NCBI RefSeq assembly: GCF_009914755.1
Contig: NC_060926.1
Length of the DNA: 64,000 nucleotides
Strand: one strand, 5' to 3'
Origin: the human T2T-CHM13v2.0 reference genome, Homo sapiens
Shown: one piece after another, positions 1 to 15,328 of the stretch
How the letters are laid out: every line of letters starts with the position of its first letter
Numbering within the stretch: the stretch's first letter is position 1
Notes under the pieces: model-generated
Seen by the model: the letters and a program-made list of their open reading frames with translations, nothing else
What the model was told of the DNA's origin: nothing
Database searches by the model: none
Position numbers and translations under genes: made by a program

Positions 1-84
1 CATTTCAGACCATGTCTTCTATCCAAAAATGTTATCATTCCCTCTCTTATATATCTGTTGGTCTAACAGTGAGAATTATGTTAA

Positions 85-190
85 TTCGGTTGACAAATAT
101 TTAATGTAAGCCTACTATATGCCAGGCACTGTTCTAAATTCTAGGATTCAGTGTTAAAGAGATAGAAAATACTCTATTTACAAAGCAAAT
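85..190 (-). mobile_element. L2 3'-end fragment
   Basis: caaatatttaatgtaagcctactatatgccaggcactgttcta resembles the reverse complement of the L2 terminal motif. Confidence 0.6.
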
Positions 191-1152
191 TGAAACAATA
201 GACATGAATTTGCAGGTAATGACTAGGAGTATTGCAAACAAACTGTTCCACATGTTATATGCTACATGTGTCATCTGAGTGCTGTTTGTAAAGAATAGCA
301 TGTATTTGAAGGTGGAGAAAAAAGATGGGCATTCCTATAATATTAGCTATATAACCACCTAATTCTCTTCTAATGGACTCAATTAAATTAATGGACTCAG
401 TAATTAGTGTAAGTTTTGATTATTACTGCTTTTTTGTTTTATCCTTTATGCCTTTCATAATATTTGATTTTTTTCTTGTATTTATACTACTTTAGGTACC
501 ATTTTTCCTTATCCAAATTTGGTTGTAACAGTGGATCCTTCTGCTACTTGTGCTTATTTTCCTTCTACTTCTTTTGCTGTTCTTACTCCCCCTTAGCTCC
601 TTTCTCTGTAATCATTTTTATCATCCTTTTTTTTCTTTTTCATCAGGTACAAATAACTGAATTAATCATACTTCTCAGTATGTGATAAACTTATTAATCT
701 CCTTTTATGTGCCGTTCCTACTTTCATTCTTTCCCATTCTCCATGGAAGTTTTTAAATGTCTTTAATATGTTCTCTTAGATCTGCAGATATCCTTGAAGA
801 ACGTATATATAGAGAAAATTATTCTGTGTATGTACGTATGTAAGTTTCTAAAAACTATGTTTTGCTATGCATTCCATTCAATTTCTTGCTTTTTCATTTT
901 ACAGCATGTTCTTACATTTTACCCACATTAATATATGCCTATCAATTTAATCAATTCTGTCTACTTGATAGTATTTCATATTATTCATCTTACTATTTTA
1001 TTTATCCATTGCTGTAATGATGGATGCATAATTTTCCTATAAGCCCCTTGCTACCTAAAGGCATTCTGCACTAAACATTTTTCTCAAACAGAAGTTTACT
1101 GATTTCATCTAGAATGTCTTTTATTAAATTGAAATATTTAGATTATATTGAG

Positions 1153-2024
1153 TCAATTGTTCAGCTCCCACTTATAAGTGAGAACATGAAGTGTTTGGTT
1201 TTCTGTTCCTGCATTAGTTTGCTGAAGATAATGGCTTCCAGCTCCATCCATGTTTCTGCAAATAACATGATCTTGTTCCTTTCTATGGCTGCATAGTATT
1301 CCATGGTGGAGATGTACAACATTTTCTTTATCCAGTCTATTATTGATGGGCAATTAGATTGATTTCATGTTTTTGCTATTGTGAATAGTGCTGCAATGCA
1401 TATATGTATATATGTATCTTTGTAATAGAATGATTTATATTCCTTTGGATATATACCCAGTAATGGGATTGCTGAATCAAATGGTATTTCAGGTTCTGGA
1501 TCTCTGAGAAACTGCCACATCATCTTCCACAATGGTTGAACTTATTTACATTCCCACCAACAGTGTAAAAGCATTCTTATTTCTACACAACCTCACCAGC
1601 ATCTGTTGTTTCTTGACATTTTAATAATTGCCATTCTAACTGGCATGAGATGGTATGTCATTGTGGTTTTGATTTGCCTTTCTCTAATGATCAGTGATGT
1701 TGAGCTTTTTCTCACATGTTTGTTGGTGGCATGACTGTCTTTTTTGGGAAGCGTCTGTTGGACAGTGAGAGCACATGGACACAGGGAGGGGAATAACACA
1801 CACTGGGGCCTGTAGAGGGGTGGGGTTGATGGGTAGAGAGAGCATTAGGAAAAATAGCTAACCCACGCTGGGCTTAATACCTAGGTGATGGGTTGATAGG
1901 TACAGCAAACCACCATGGCACACTTTTACCTGTGTAACAAACCTGCACATTATGCACATGTACTCCAGAACTTAAAATAAAAATAACTTTAAAAATAAAT
2001 TTAAAAAATTTTTAAAAAATTAAA
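1153..2024 (+). mobile_element. Short 5'-inverted L1PA (L1PA11-15-like) 3' end: inverted part 1153-1759 (-), non-inverted 3'UTR and A-rich tail 1760-2024 (+)
   Basis: Minus-strand ORF2 C-terminal remnant (IKTTMTYHLMPVRMAIIK), then a plus-strand 3'UTR (gagcattaggaaaaatagctaa...gggcttaatacctaggtgatgg) and A-rich tail; candidate TSD GAGTCAA at 1150-1156 and 2025-2031. Confidence 0.85.
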
Positions 2025-2194
2025 GAGTCAAAACTATTTTGTTTGTCTTTGTATTTTTTTGGAGGAGGGATTGCTGAAGAATATCAACCCTGCTGTTAGG
2101 TCACAAAAATATTCTTCTCTTCTAGCATCTTTCTCTTTTAGCTTTACGTTGGTACCTTTTACATTTTAGGTCTTTAATCCGAGGTGCAAGGGAG

Positions 2195-2640
2195 TGTTAT
2201 CAGTCCATTTTTCCTGCAATAACAAAGAAACCCAGGATCTTCCTGACTTATAGAAGCATTTGTTTCTTGTTCCCTTATCAGAAAGCTTCAGGACAGTTCA
2301 AGGCTGACTTGCTTTCCTGGGCTCAGCCTAATGCCATGTGTCTGATTTCAGATCCCAGGACCTTTTGGTGGGACATGTCCTCATAGAATGAGCAGGTCAA
2401 ATGAAAAACCAAACTTGTGCAATCACATTTAAATCTTTTTTGAGATGTCACAAATTTTAAGTCTGTTTAACATTCCATTGACCATAAGAAGGTCATAGCA
2501 AGTTATAAACCAAGTACAAAACCACTGAGATGGGGACATATATCCTATTACTACAGATATCAAAGACAAGTTTCATGGTAATAGGTGGAGATTTTTAACC
2601 CTATTACAGGGAAGAAGTAAGTACTGGGAACAATAATGAC
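2195..2640. mobile_element. Old MaLR (MLT1-like) LTR
   Basis: tgttatcagtcc...aataacaaagaaacccagg...catttgtttcttg start and cattccattgaccataag...ggtcatagc segment resemble MLT1 LTRs. Confidence 0.4.
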
Positions 2641-3603
2641 TATAGAGGGAGATTCAACTTTATTTCTCTTTCTAATAAGTCAGTTTTCTTAACACCACCA
2701 ACTCTACTATTGAAACTTGTCTCGTTGATTTGTGATGCCACTTTTATTAGAGATCAACTTCAAACCAATAGACACATCATTTTCTGAATTTTCCTTTCTA
2801 ATATGCTGGTAACATTGCCTGTTTCTGATCTAGCACAATACTGTTTTTGTTGCCGTGATGTTCTAGTATTGTCTGCTTAATATCTAAATGAAGCCACACT
2901 CTTTGTACTTCTTTTTAAAAAGTATCCATTGAGTTTTCTATTTCTTGAGACTTTTGGAGTTATCCCTTTTAAAATTTCAAACTGTATTTCAATCTGTTAG
3001 AGAACATGATCTGCATTAAGTTCATCTTCTATGCAAATATAGACAATTTGTTCACTGCCCCTTGTTTAGGCAAAAAATGCATTTCTGTGCAGCAATTGGT
3101 TGATTCAAAAAATTTATAGAACTTTCAATTTAGCTTATTAACTAGTTATTCAAATAATTTATACAATTTATTTTTTGACTGCTTGAGATCTCAGTTTCTG
3201 ACATGCATATATTAAAATCCTTAACCACAAATGGTAACTAATTTATCCATATAAATCTGTCAGTTTTCACTGTATGTATTTTGAGGCTATGTTTCCAGAT
3301 ACATATATATGAATAATCATTATACATTCTTGATCTTTTTTCCCTTTGTCAAATATAACATCTCTTTCATGTGATTTTGCCTTAAGTTCTATTTTATCTC
3401 ACATTAAAGTTGGCAAACCTTTTTATGTCATATTTTCCAAGTAATCTTTTCCATACCTTTACTTTCCATACCTTTTTATGGCAATTTGTTTTTATTTATT
3501 TTTGTTTTTCTCCCCAATCTGATATTTATATTTTTGAGATGGTTAATTTACTCATAATAGTTGCATTGTTTCCTACATCAGTATGCTTGCTTAGAAAAAT
3601 TTT

Positions 3604-4197
3604 TGTATTGGTCAGTATTCTCCAGATAAACAGAACCAATATGTGTGTGTATATATAAGAATGTATGTGTATGTATATATGTGTGTGTGTGTGTGTGTCT
3701 GTGTATATGTGTGTGTGTATATATATATACACACACATATATACATATATATATACACACATATATACATATATATAGAGAGAGAGAGAGAGAAAGAGAG
3801 AGAGAGGAAAAGATTTATTTTAAGGAATTAGCTTATGTGATTGCGGGGGCTGGCAATTGTGAATTCACAGGTTAGGCAAACAGTCTAGAGTCTCAGAAAA
3901 ACTTGATATTGCAGCTCGAGTCCACAGGTAGTATAGAAGCAGAATTCCTTCTTTCTTGAGGGCCTTAGTCTTTCTTTATTAACGCTTTCAACTGATTGGA
4001 TGAAATCATTGGATTGGATGAGGCCCACTCACATTATGGAGGGTAATCTGCTTTACCCAAAGTCTGTGAGTTCAAGTACTAATCACGTCTTTAAAAAAAA
4101 TACCTGTACAGCATTATCTACACTAGTGTTTGACCAAATACCGGGTACCATATGTACAATGGCCTATCCAAATTGACATATAAAATTAACCCTCACA
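3604..4197 (-). mobile_element. MLT2D-like ERVL solo LTR
   Basis: TG...CA ends; ttctccagataaacagaaccaata, gatgaggcccactcacattatggagggtaatctgcttta, aattgacatataaaattaaccctcaca match the MLT2 family. Confidence 0.85.
3640..3805. repeat. Compound (TG)n/(TA)n/(CA)n/(GA)n microsatellite inside the MLT2 LTR
   Basis: Read directly from the sequence. Confidence 0.95.
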
Positions 4198-4249
4198 ATG
4201 CTACATTGTGATTGTCTTGACCTTGTCTTTCCCTTGATGATCTTATTTC

Positions 4250-4750
4250 TTTCAGGAAATATTTACTATGCCCTATTCTAGACAGTAAAAATAGAGCAAT
4301 GAAAAAATATATCTGCTCTCATAGAACTTACATTCTACTTGAGAAAGAAGGTTCAGTGAATGGGAGGTGGATGATAAATAGCTACCGAAATTAATGCCAA
4401 CATATTTGCCAAGTGGTGATAAGTCTTATGAAAAATTAAGACAAGTTAAGAGAACAAAGAGTGATGAAGTGGAATATTACTTTAGAAAGGATGTTCTGAG
4501 ATTACTTCTCTATGAAGTGATACACATGAGCAGACACCTGGATGAATTGAGGGAATCAGTCAAATGGTTATCAGCAGGAAGAGCATTCCAGAAAAAAAAC
4601 AGCAGTGCAAAAGATTTAAATCTAAATTATGCTTTTTGTGAGTGAGATTGGATAAGGAAAACTATGAGAGATGGATCAAAGTGTTAGCCAAGGGCAGATT
4701 ATGGATGGTCTTGACTGTGGCACCAACGCTGGTCTTTATTCTAAAAAGAA
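4250..4750 (-). mobile_element. L2 3' fragment
   Basis: tgctctcatagaacttacattcta, gagcagacacctggatga, ggaagagcattccagaaaaaaaacagcagtgcaaaag are typical antisense L2 motifs. Confidence 0.7.
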
Positions 4751-5607
4751 GAAATAATTATAAGTTAGCTCAATTTTTTAAATGCATGTACATTTGATGG
4801 GGTATAGGTAAATTAAAATCTTGCCAAGAGACCAACACATGCAACTTAAAAGAGAGCTAATATATTTGATCTCAAATAAAAGAACAACCAATGAATTTGT
4901 CTGCTATTAATTATGGATGATCAATCCACAGCAAATCATTCCTATTTATGTCTAAAGACATGGTGGGACTTAAATCAGAGACTTAACAGTATAAAATGGT
5001 GTAGAAATTTAAATGCTCCGGACACTGCTAAGAGACAGCAATTAATAATATCATGTAATGAAAAATTTTGTAAACTACTCTTATATTCTTGTATAAGGGC
5101 TATTAGATGTTCTGCTGAGGAGGAGATAGTTCATGAGTTTGCTACTTTCTAGTTCCACATCAATGGATAATTTCTCCCTCTTTACTGTATGGAAATTTAT
5201 AATATGTAGACATTTTGATGTTGATAACATTTAGAAGTGTTTAATTTTTAGTATTATCAGCCTGACAGACATAAGTTTTATTAAATTAGTTTGAGAATCT
5301 CTTTGAAGATATTTGCATCTGCATAAGTTTGCATGAAAAAAAAAGTTTGCATTTTAGGGGGAAAACTATTATATCAGTGAGAATTTTGGAGTATTTTGCT
5401 TATTCTTTCTGGAACTTTGAAGTAATGTGAAATAGTGTTTAGAAACCTCATCTCAACGTAGGGGGCTTCTTAGTAATAATACACTGTATCTGCATACCCG
5501 TTTATAGGTTTTAATCCAATTCATTCCACCAACATATCTTCTAATGCTTAGTCCTGTTGTCTTCTCATGATCAAAAATGACCCCTTTTAAAAATGCTTTG
5601 CATCACC

Positions 5608-5611
<4 letters not shown>

Positions 5612-5646
<35 letters not shown>
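5612..5646. repeat. Pure T35 homopolymer
   Basis: 35 consecutive T. Confidence 0.95.
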
Positions 5647-5648
<2 letters not shown>

Positions 5649-6364
5649 CAAAATTGACATCCAGTTTGTTTTAAGACAGTTTCATTAGGTCATATGTCTA
5701 GATTTGTTACCTCCATTCTTCCTCTGCCTGGGCCTAAACTATTCTATAATTTTTCTCTGTCCCCACTGCCCCCCACCCCCTTGAAATCATAGTCAACAAT
5801 TAAACTTTGCTACTTATAAGAAAGACTTGACCTGGCTTTGGGACAGCCAACTGAGCATAAAGTGGTGAATATGCTGTTGAGAGTAGTGCTTATAACCCCA
5901 TCATATGTCAGTCAACCAGATTAGCATACTGCTCCACTATTTTCATTAATGAAGGCAGAATTTGTGTTAAGAAAGCCATATTTGCTACAATTCAAAGTCA
6001 ATTAGCTTTCTCGTGAAAAAATGAGTTTCTCATTTAGGTGCTTAATGTTAAAATAAAGAGGGCATTGTTCATATTAATTATAAAATAATTCAAAAAGACA
6101 TCTCTAGACACCAATCAGGAAAAGATAATCACTGAAGATTATCTGAAAATAAATTAAATGTCTAAGCATAAGTCTTGTTCAAATATAATATCTCAAATCC
6201 ATGCAATGGAATACCATGTGACTATTAAAATGTCATAAATGTGCATATAATGAAATATAAAGATAGATTTTCATAGTACATAGTGAAAACAAAGGCAGTG
6301 GAAAAATGGGATATAGGATGTAACTTCACAATAATCATCTAGATAGAGAGGTATATAGACAGGA

Positions 6365-6849
6365 TGCTGTGCTGCTCATTCTCCATTGGCCCCATTCCTC
6401 CACTCATCCATTCTATGTTCTTCTCTGCCTTCCTCTATTCCCTGGGAGGCTGACTTGCCTATTGACTTGTGTTTGGAATTGACGAATGGGAGGCACTTAC
6501 AGGAGAGTGAAGGGCAGGAAGAGAGGGAGATTGGAGCATCTACTCCCTCCACGCCCCCGGGCTCGGGTGCACTTGCACAGTGGCTGCATTACTCTCCAGC
6601 TACAGCTCCCATCAGGCCGACTTACTCCTGAGACTGGTTCTCAGCCAGGCTCCTGTTAGGCCATTTTCTCTCCTCAAGCCTAGTGTCAGTAACAACTCTT
6701 CACTGCTTCTAATTTACATATGTATTTCCTTAATTTATTCCTCTATCTTTACCCCTTGGTAAATATTTAGTCCCTTCATTAATAAGTCTCTTTAAAACTT
6801 CCCTCTGAGAGTGGGCTCTTTGTTTCCTGGCGGGGCCCTGACCGACACA
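6365..6849 (+). mobile_element. LTR33-like ERVL solo LTR
   Basis: aatgggaggcacttacaggagagtgaagggcaggaagagagggag; agtcccttcattaa; tgtttcctggcggggccctgaccgacaca 3' end. Confidence 0.7.
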
Positions 6850-7974
6850 GTTGCTCATAAAAGGCCTGGCATGCTAACCACTACAATGTGCGTAGGCATT
6901 CTCTGAGAAGTGTTTTGCCTTTTGTTCTAAATTTTCTAAAGTGAATATATAACGAGTTTTCAATATTAAGAAAATCAAGTAAAAATGTTTCTGTACATGA
7001 AAGAGAAAAAATGAAAATAAATAATGCTAGTATGAAACCAAGAAGAGCTGGTATCTTTTTAACTTGTTTTAATTGGCCATATTGGTCTTAAGGACCTCCC
7101 ACATCTAACACTAAGTCTTACCCATCTCCTCCCAAATGAGTTAGAAAGAGAGGAGGAGAAGGGCAGATGAAGAAGACTCAGCTGAAGCCAAGTGAAAGTT
7201 AGCATTTATACCTAATGGAAGTTAATAAAGCTTAACTCCTTGGACTTCACATATGTCTGGAAGGAAGAGATTTTCCACTCTACTGTCAGGGTTAAAACAC
7301 TTACATAGCATAATTCTAACTCCGGCTCTGTCCCTCCTTCCTCTCTCCCTCTATGAAAGTGGTATCTATCTTGGTAACTGGTGTCATTGAATAGCCTCTA
7401 CTTGTGCCGCTCTCCTTGGAAAAACTTGTCATCTAGTCACACAGGTTCTTCCATCTATTACTGCCAGCAGACAGCACCAGCAGTGGAGGCCTGAGTTACC
7501 ACAATGCTGCCAATAATTAGGTGGGCATGGTTCATTCACTGTGGGGAGTGTTAGGATGCCCATGAGCCAACAAATTTGTGTTATGTGTTCAGCTTGGCCT
7601 TATCACATTTTAGCTGCATTCTGTTCTCCCTATAAATCCTGTGCCTTTTCCTGGGGGTGGTTCCAAACTGGAGAAGGAAAGGAAAGGATACTTTACTGAT
7701 GTTCTCAAAACACAGTAACATTTAGATCCCTTCTATATGCCCACAGGAGGCAATATTTTTTTAAATGTGTATTTTTGTTATTCTAAATGTCTTATAATTA
7801 CTGCAGTCATTTTTGAAAAGAATATGAAACACATGTAAAAGAAAAATCATGAAATCATAAAAGAGTTAATTGTATACTTTTTATGAAACTATAAAATCAC
7901 TATATAATATATATTTGATAATATAATGTTTTCAGTCTAATTATATACTTTTTTTTTTTCATTTTAGTTATGTA

Positions 7975-8540
7975 CAGGGACAGTAGAACAGTTAGAAACC
8001 AAGGTCTCCAGAGTGACACTGACTGGTTTTGAATCTAGATTCTACCACTTATTCATTCTCTAACCTTGGGCAAATTCCTTAATTTTTCTTTTCTTTTTCT
8101 TTTTTTCTGTTTTCTTTTCTTTTTTCTTTTTCTCTTTTTTTTTTTTTTGAGATAGAGTCTTGCTCTGTCACCCAGGCTAAAGTGCAGTGGTGCCATCTGA
8201 GCTCACTGCAACTCCGTCTCCCGAGGTCAAAGGATTCTCCCACCTCAGCCTTCTGAATAGCTGGGATTACAGGCATGCACCACCACACCCAGCTAATTTT
8301 TGTATTTTTTTTGTAGAGATGGAAATTCACCATATTGGCCAGGCTGATCTCAAACTCCTGACCTCAAGTGATCTGCCTGCCTCAGCCTCCCAAAGTACTG
8401 GAATTACAGGTGTGAGCCACTGCGCCTAGACAGTTCCTTAATTTTTCTATGCTTAAGTTTTCGCCTCTGTAAAATGAGAATAACAAAATAGTGCATGTTG
8501 TTTTTTGTGAGCCTTAATGAAATATTCATATAAACATGGT
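7975..8540 (+). mobile_element. MIR split by an Alu insertion
   Basis: ttttgaatctagattctaccactt...accttgggcaaattccttaa, then after the Alu ctctgtaaaatgagaataac. Confidence 0.7.
8090..8431 (-). mobile_element. Full-length Alu (AluS-like)
   Basis: Dimeric Alu with a T-rich tail; 15-bp TSD ttccttaatttttct at 8075-8089 and 8434-8448. Confidence 0.95.
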
Positions 8541-8679
8541 GAATAAGGCATAAGTCTCTGCCCTTATTGTTTACACAGAGAAGCAGAAAATTAACTACCT
8601 CTTTCTTTCTGTCTCTGTCTCACACATGACACGCACGCACACACATGCACACACACACACATTCATAAATGGTATAAGC

Positions 8680-8910
8680 AAAATAAAGCCATGTTAAGTA
8701 TACACAGTGAAAGAGTGGATAGTCATATTTTAGATAAGATGTGCAGGAAAGGCCTCTGAGAAAAAGCAACTTTCCTAACTGAGGAAGCAAGTCATGCACA
8801 GGTCTTGGCAAGAACATTTCAGGCTGAAAGTTCCAGGAGGCAGACCATTAGTTAAAAAAATGTTGCAGAGGTCCATGTGATTAGAGTGGAATGAATAAGG
8901 AAATTAAGAT
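8680..8910 (-). mobile_element. L2 fragment
   Basis: ttttagataagatgtgcaggaaaggcctctgag...aagaacatttcaggc...ttagagtggaatgaataagg. Confidence 0.55.
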
Positions 8911-10320
8911 AACGCTGAATCGATTACCTGAGAGCAAAGGGGAACAAACCCCCCGGGTAGGTTCCAGACTCAGTATCTGAGAACTTCCAAAGGATGTGGT
9001 ACTATTTTACTTAATGGTGGGAAACTGTGACAAGGTAGCCTGAGCAAGTGTTGTTACTTCAAATGCAGCTATCTCACCAGCAGGATTTTGTGTATGGAAT
9101 ACTACAATTAAACATTGAATTAAATATTTTATGTTGTTTCCAAAACTAAGTCATTATGATTGTGTATGATATATCCCAATGTTTTCTATTAATGGTTTCC
9201 AGAAACACCATCTTTCTTTTGTAGGTTAGAACATTATCATATGAAATAAGATGCCAAGAAAAGAACTTGTTATATCACGTAACTCATAATTTGATAATCC
9301 TTGAGTATTCATAATTAAATTGAAAAAGTCATTATTTCTTGGACTATAATAGTATCTGAGATGTAAATTAATGTATTTATTTGTTACTAACCAATATAAT
9401 TTAATTTTATACCACTTTAACTCCCCATTTTGTGTTAAAAAAGAACACAATCATAATTTGACTCCTTTATTCAAAGGAAGTAAATTGAAATTCAAAGTGT
9501 TGCGCTTAAAAGTGAGTTGGTTAGTGTTTAACTTTCTTTTGAGCACTTCTGTCCCCAAAGCCGGTCAGTACTTTGCATTTTGGTCATTTTTCTTTTGCTG
9601 AGATAATGAGGGTGGGGACTCTTTACAACTGCAGGCAATTGCTTTGAGCTCCGAGCACTTTGAAGAGATTAGCCCCATTGATATTCTCTCCAATATTTTT
9701 GGAGAGAAATGCTGCCTTCCCTTGAGTGTAAGACGAACGGCTGTTGAATAGAAACTTCTTTTGTCTAGCAGAGAGTATGGTAATACATATTCTCTTCTTA
9801 GAGACATATATACAACATTAGAAAGTTATCTAAGATGATTGGGAGCCTCAATACACTGACTTGTTAATTTTGTTTAAACTTTCAGTTAAATGTGGTCTCA
9901 TTTACCTGGAAAGTATCCTTAAAGCGTTTAAGCCTGGATTGTATTGCTATTAAGCCAGTGAACTTGGTGATGAACAAGTTAATTATCCTGGGGATAAAAA
10001 GGGAAAACGGCATAATTTCTGCCAGCAATACAGTGAAAAATATATGAGTGAACTATTTGGAGGCCTGCCCACTCAGTAGGACTTAGCTGGCCAGTAACCT
10101 GATCTCTCTGGTTTGAGTTCATCAAAGACATTTCTTTGATCTAAAAATGTTACAGAATGCTAAAATTCAGATGAAGCCATATAAATAATATAAATTTTAT
10201 ACCACTTGACTCCACATGCATTATGTTTTTGTTTCAGAGAGGTTCAGTTAGCAAAAATATCAATTCAAATGACTTTTCTGTCATTAAAAAAATGCCTTTT
10301 GTGGGAGAGGGATACACATA

Positions 10321-10432
10321 CACTTAGGTGTGTATACATATACACACACACTTAGGTGTGTATACATATACACACACACTTAGGTGTGTATACATATACA
10401 CACACACTTAGGTGTGCGTACATATACATACA
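10321..10432. repeat. 28-bp minisatellite, 4 copies (cacttaggtgtgtatacatatacacaca)
   Basis: Units start at 10321, 10349, 10377 and 10405; the first three are identical. Confidence 0.95.
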
Positions 10433-11992
10433 CATATAAGATATAAATTAAAATAAAATTAATTAAATATATATTTAATTTCATTGCTGCAATTCTACCT
10501 AGTGTCTCACATAAATACAAGATCATCATCTACTGATTAGCTTGCTCCTGCAGACAATCGGATAGATACTAAAACCTCCTGAAGGTCATCATAACCTCAT
10601 TTTCTGAAAGCATCCCTTGAAGTTCAATAGCTTAGAAAGTTTCTGTTGCATTTGTGTCCCTTGCTGGGTTGTATATACATAAAAAGGGATATTACTTTCA
10701 TTCAGAGAAGATAATAAAACCTTGTGATTTAGGAAACAGGGTTATCATCAAATAAGCCTTTTATTTATGCTATTCAGACTGCCTATCTTCAGGATATCGC
10801 AAGTACTGATCAATTTCAGGTCAATTGGATGTGTGAAATAGAAGTGTTGTGGTATAAGCTCATGATTATGTCCTGTAGCTTGAAACAGTGAATTTGATTA
10901 CATGACATGTTGCTGTACCCTCTTTGGTCTTATTGTCTGCACACTTCAAATAATCTACCTGTGCCAACTCTAACAGCCCATTTCATTCTCTAGGAAATAA
11001 CCTTGATATAACTCTAACCATTTCTTCATGGTGTTAGAAATTATAAACTCATACCACCTTCATCCTTAGAACTTTTTAACTCTAGTCCCAATATCATTAT
11101 CCAGGATTCTGGGCAGGCTGCCATATAGCACTGTGATGGATAAATACAAATGGGTGTGGGATTTGCTGAAGGGTGTCTAGGCTCAGAAAATTGCCATTGT
11201 GCCTTTACATCCAAGAGCGCCTCACAAGATTACAATATTTTGTGACTCCTTAACCTTGGAAACTAGAGTCCATGAGACTTTTCTAAGATCATAACAACTT
11301 TCAGGAAAGGAGATAATTTTCTGTACCTCAGAAAATTCTGAGGTACAGGTCTGGCCACTTTTACTTCAGGCCACCACCTTAGTTACACTGGACCTTAATT
11401 ATCATGGCAAAAATGTGAAGCATCAATTTTTGACTCCTTTACATTGAAATAGATAGTTTATGGGTGCTTAGACTGTCAAAGCTCTCCTTTATCAGTGTTC
11501 TTTTCTCTAATTTACAAAATATATTTTGTTGTTTTGTTGCACTTTGCTGAGTTATTTATATTCCCCTTGTACAGATGCTAGCATATCAATAAATAGTTTA
11601 TATATTTTATAACATCACAGAAAACATTTATTGAGGGCCTTTGACTCTAGTCATTATCATTACTTTTCACAAACTTGCAAGATGATTTCTAAGAAATTCT
11701 CATTAAACTCTTTTAAAGTTTAAATTCGAACATATTTTCTCAGCAACTTTTCTTTGCTTTTAAAGAACTTTGGCTCCTTGCACTAACAGAATACCATCAA
11801 ATCAGTTCTACTCCTATGTAGTAAGACAAATTTTATCTTTTTCCATAGAATTGAATAATTTCATGATACTAGTTTAAGAATAAGGCTTGAAGATGCTGAT
11901 TTGCAACTGATACTGGTGCATCAAGTATCATAAAATTCCTTAAGAACAATAAATAAGTAAACATATATTTTAAGTGAAAAGTTATTAATGTT

Positions 11993-12223
11993 TTTTTCTT
12001 TTTAAAATACATTTTATTGTGTATATTTGAGATTTACAACATGATGTATGGGGTACATATAGATAAATGGTTACTATAGTGAAGCAGATCAACATATTCA
12101 TCACTTTACGTAATTACTTTTCTGAGACAAGATCAGCTAAAATCTACTTATTTAACAAAAATATCTAACATAGAATTGCATCTCATGTTACACATTAGAT
12201 CTCTGATTTATCCTGCATACTTT
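11993..12223 (-). mobile_element. L1MA (L1MA4A-like) 3'-end fragment, probably transduced by the adjacent L1PA
   Basis: ttttattgtgtatatttgagatttacaacatgatg...ggttactatagtgaagcag...cagctaaaatctactta...cattagatctc. Confidence 0.8.
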
Positions 12224-14682
<2,459 letters not shown>

Positions 14683-14717
14683 TAATGTTGAAACAGTTCA
14701 GTTAATGTTGCCTGCAG

Positions 14718-15180
14718 GTATTAGTTTAATGTTAAGTGCTGAAAGAAATTAATGCAAAAATTAATGGCTTAACATCATCAATATTTACTTCTCACTCACA
14801 TCAATCCAATGTGAGAAGGATTCTGTGCCATACATACAGTATTTCAGTAGCCCAGGATGGCAAAGGCTGTTCCATTTTCAGTATTTAGCTTCAAAGGTCA
14901 CTCTGGGCATAAACATCTAGCCAGTGGACAGGAAAAGATAGGGAAAGCTTTCTTCATCACTTTTGCACGAATCTAAAATAAATATTTTCCACTACTAGGG
15001 CCAGAGGCCCTCAATAAATAACCACTTCATTCAGTTAGCAAGTACTAGTTCCATACCCTGCCTAGATAAAAAGGAGACTGAGAACTGTATTCCTTGGCAT
15101 AGTAGCCATTTTCGAGCCACAACTCTACCCTGCAGAAGCCAGTCTGAATCTTCAGTGGAGAGTCAACCTGTGTCTACCTG
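14718..15180. mobile_element. Old MLT1 (MaLR) LTR
   Basis: aatggcttaacatcatcaatatttacttctcactcacat; cattcagttagcaagtactagt...aaaggagactgagaactgta. Confidence 0.5.
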
Positions 15181-15328
15181 AACCTGTAAATTGTTACTTT
15201 ATCAGCTATAATTCTTGGGTTGCAGTCAACAGAAATTGATTCTGCTATCTCTCCTAAGAAAGAAATAGATTAGAAGGATATGATGCAGTTTGCAGAATTC
15301 GAAAGAAGGTTAAATTGAGGAACCAGGA

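Larger units (their letters stand above)
820..3600 (-). mobile_element. Old, fragmented L1M (L1ME-like) interrupted by younger insertions (pieces ~820-1130, 2030-2180, 2650-3600)
   Basis: Degenerate antisense L1 phrases: tttatccattgctgtaatgatgga, ttttacattttaggtctttaatcc, tctgtcagttttcactgtatgtattttgaggct; boundaries approximate. Confidence 0.5.

Noticed and set aside
3526-3875. Overlapping ORFs rich in C/V/Y/I/H/T
   Set aside because: Translations of dinucleotide microsatellites
7476-7492. CTCF-like ccagcagtggagg
   Set aside because: Mismatches in the core; expected by chance in 64 kb
10321-10432. CRISPR-like or telomere-like array (28-bp palindromic repeats containing TTAGG)
   Set aside because: No unique spacers, eukaryotic context, and no TTAGGG tandem run
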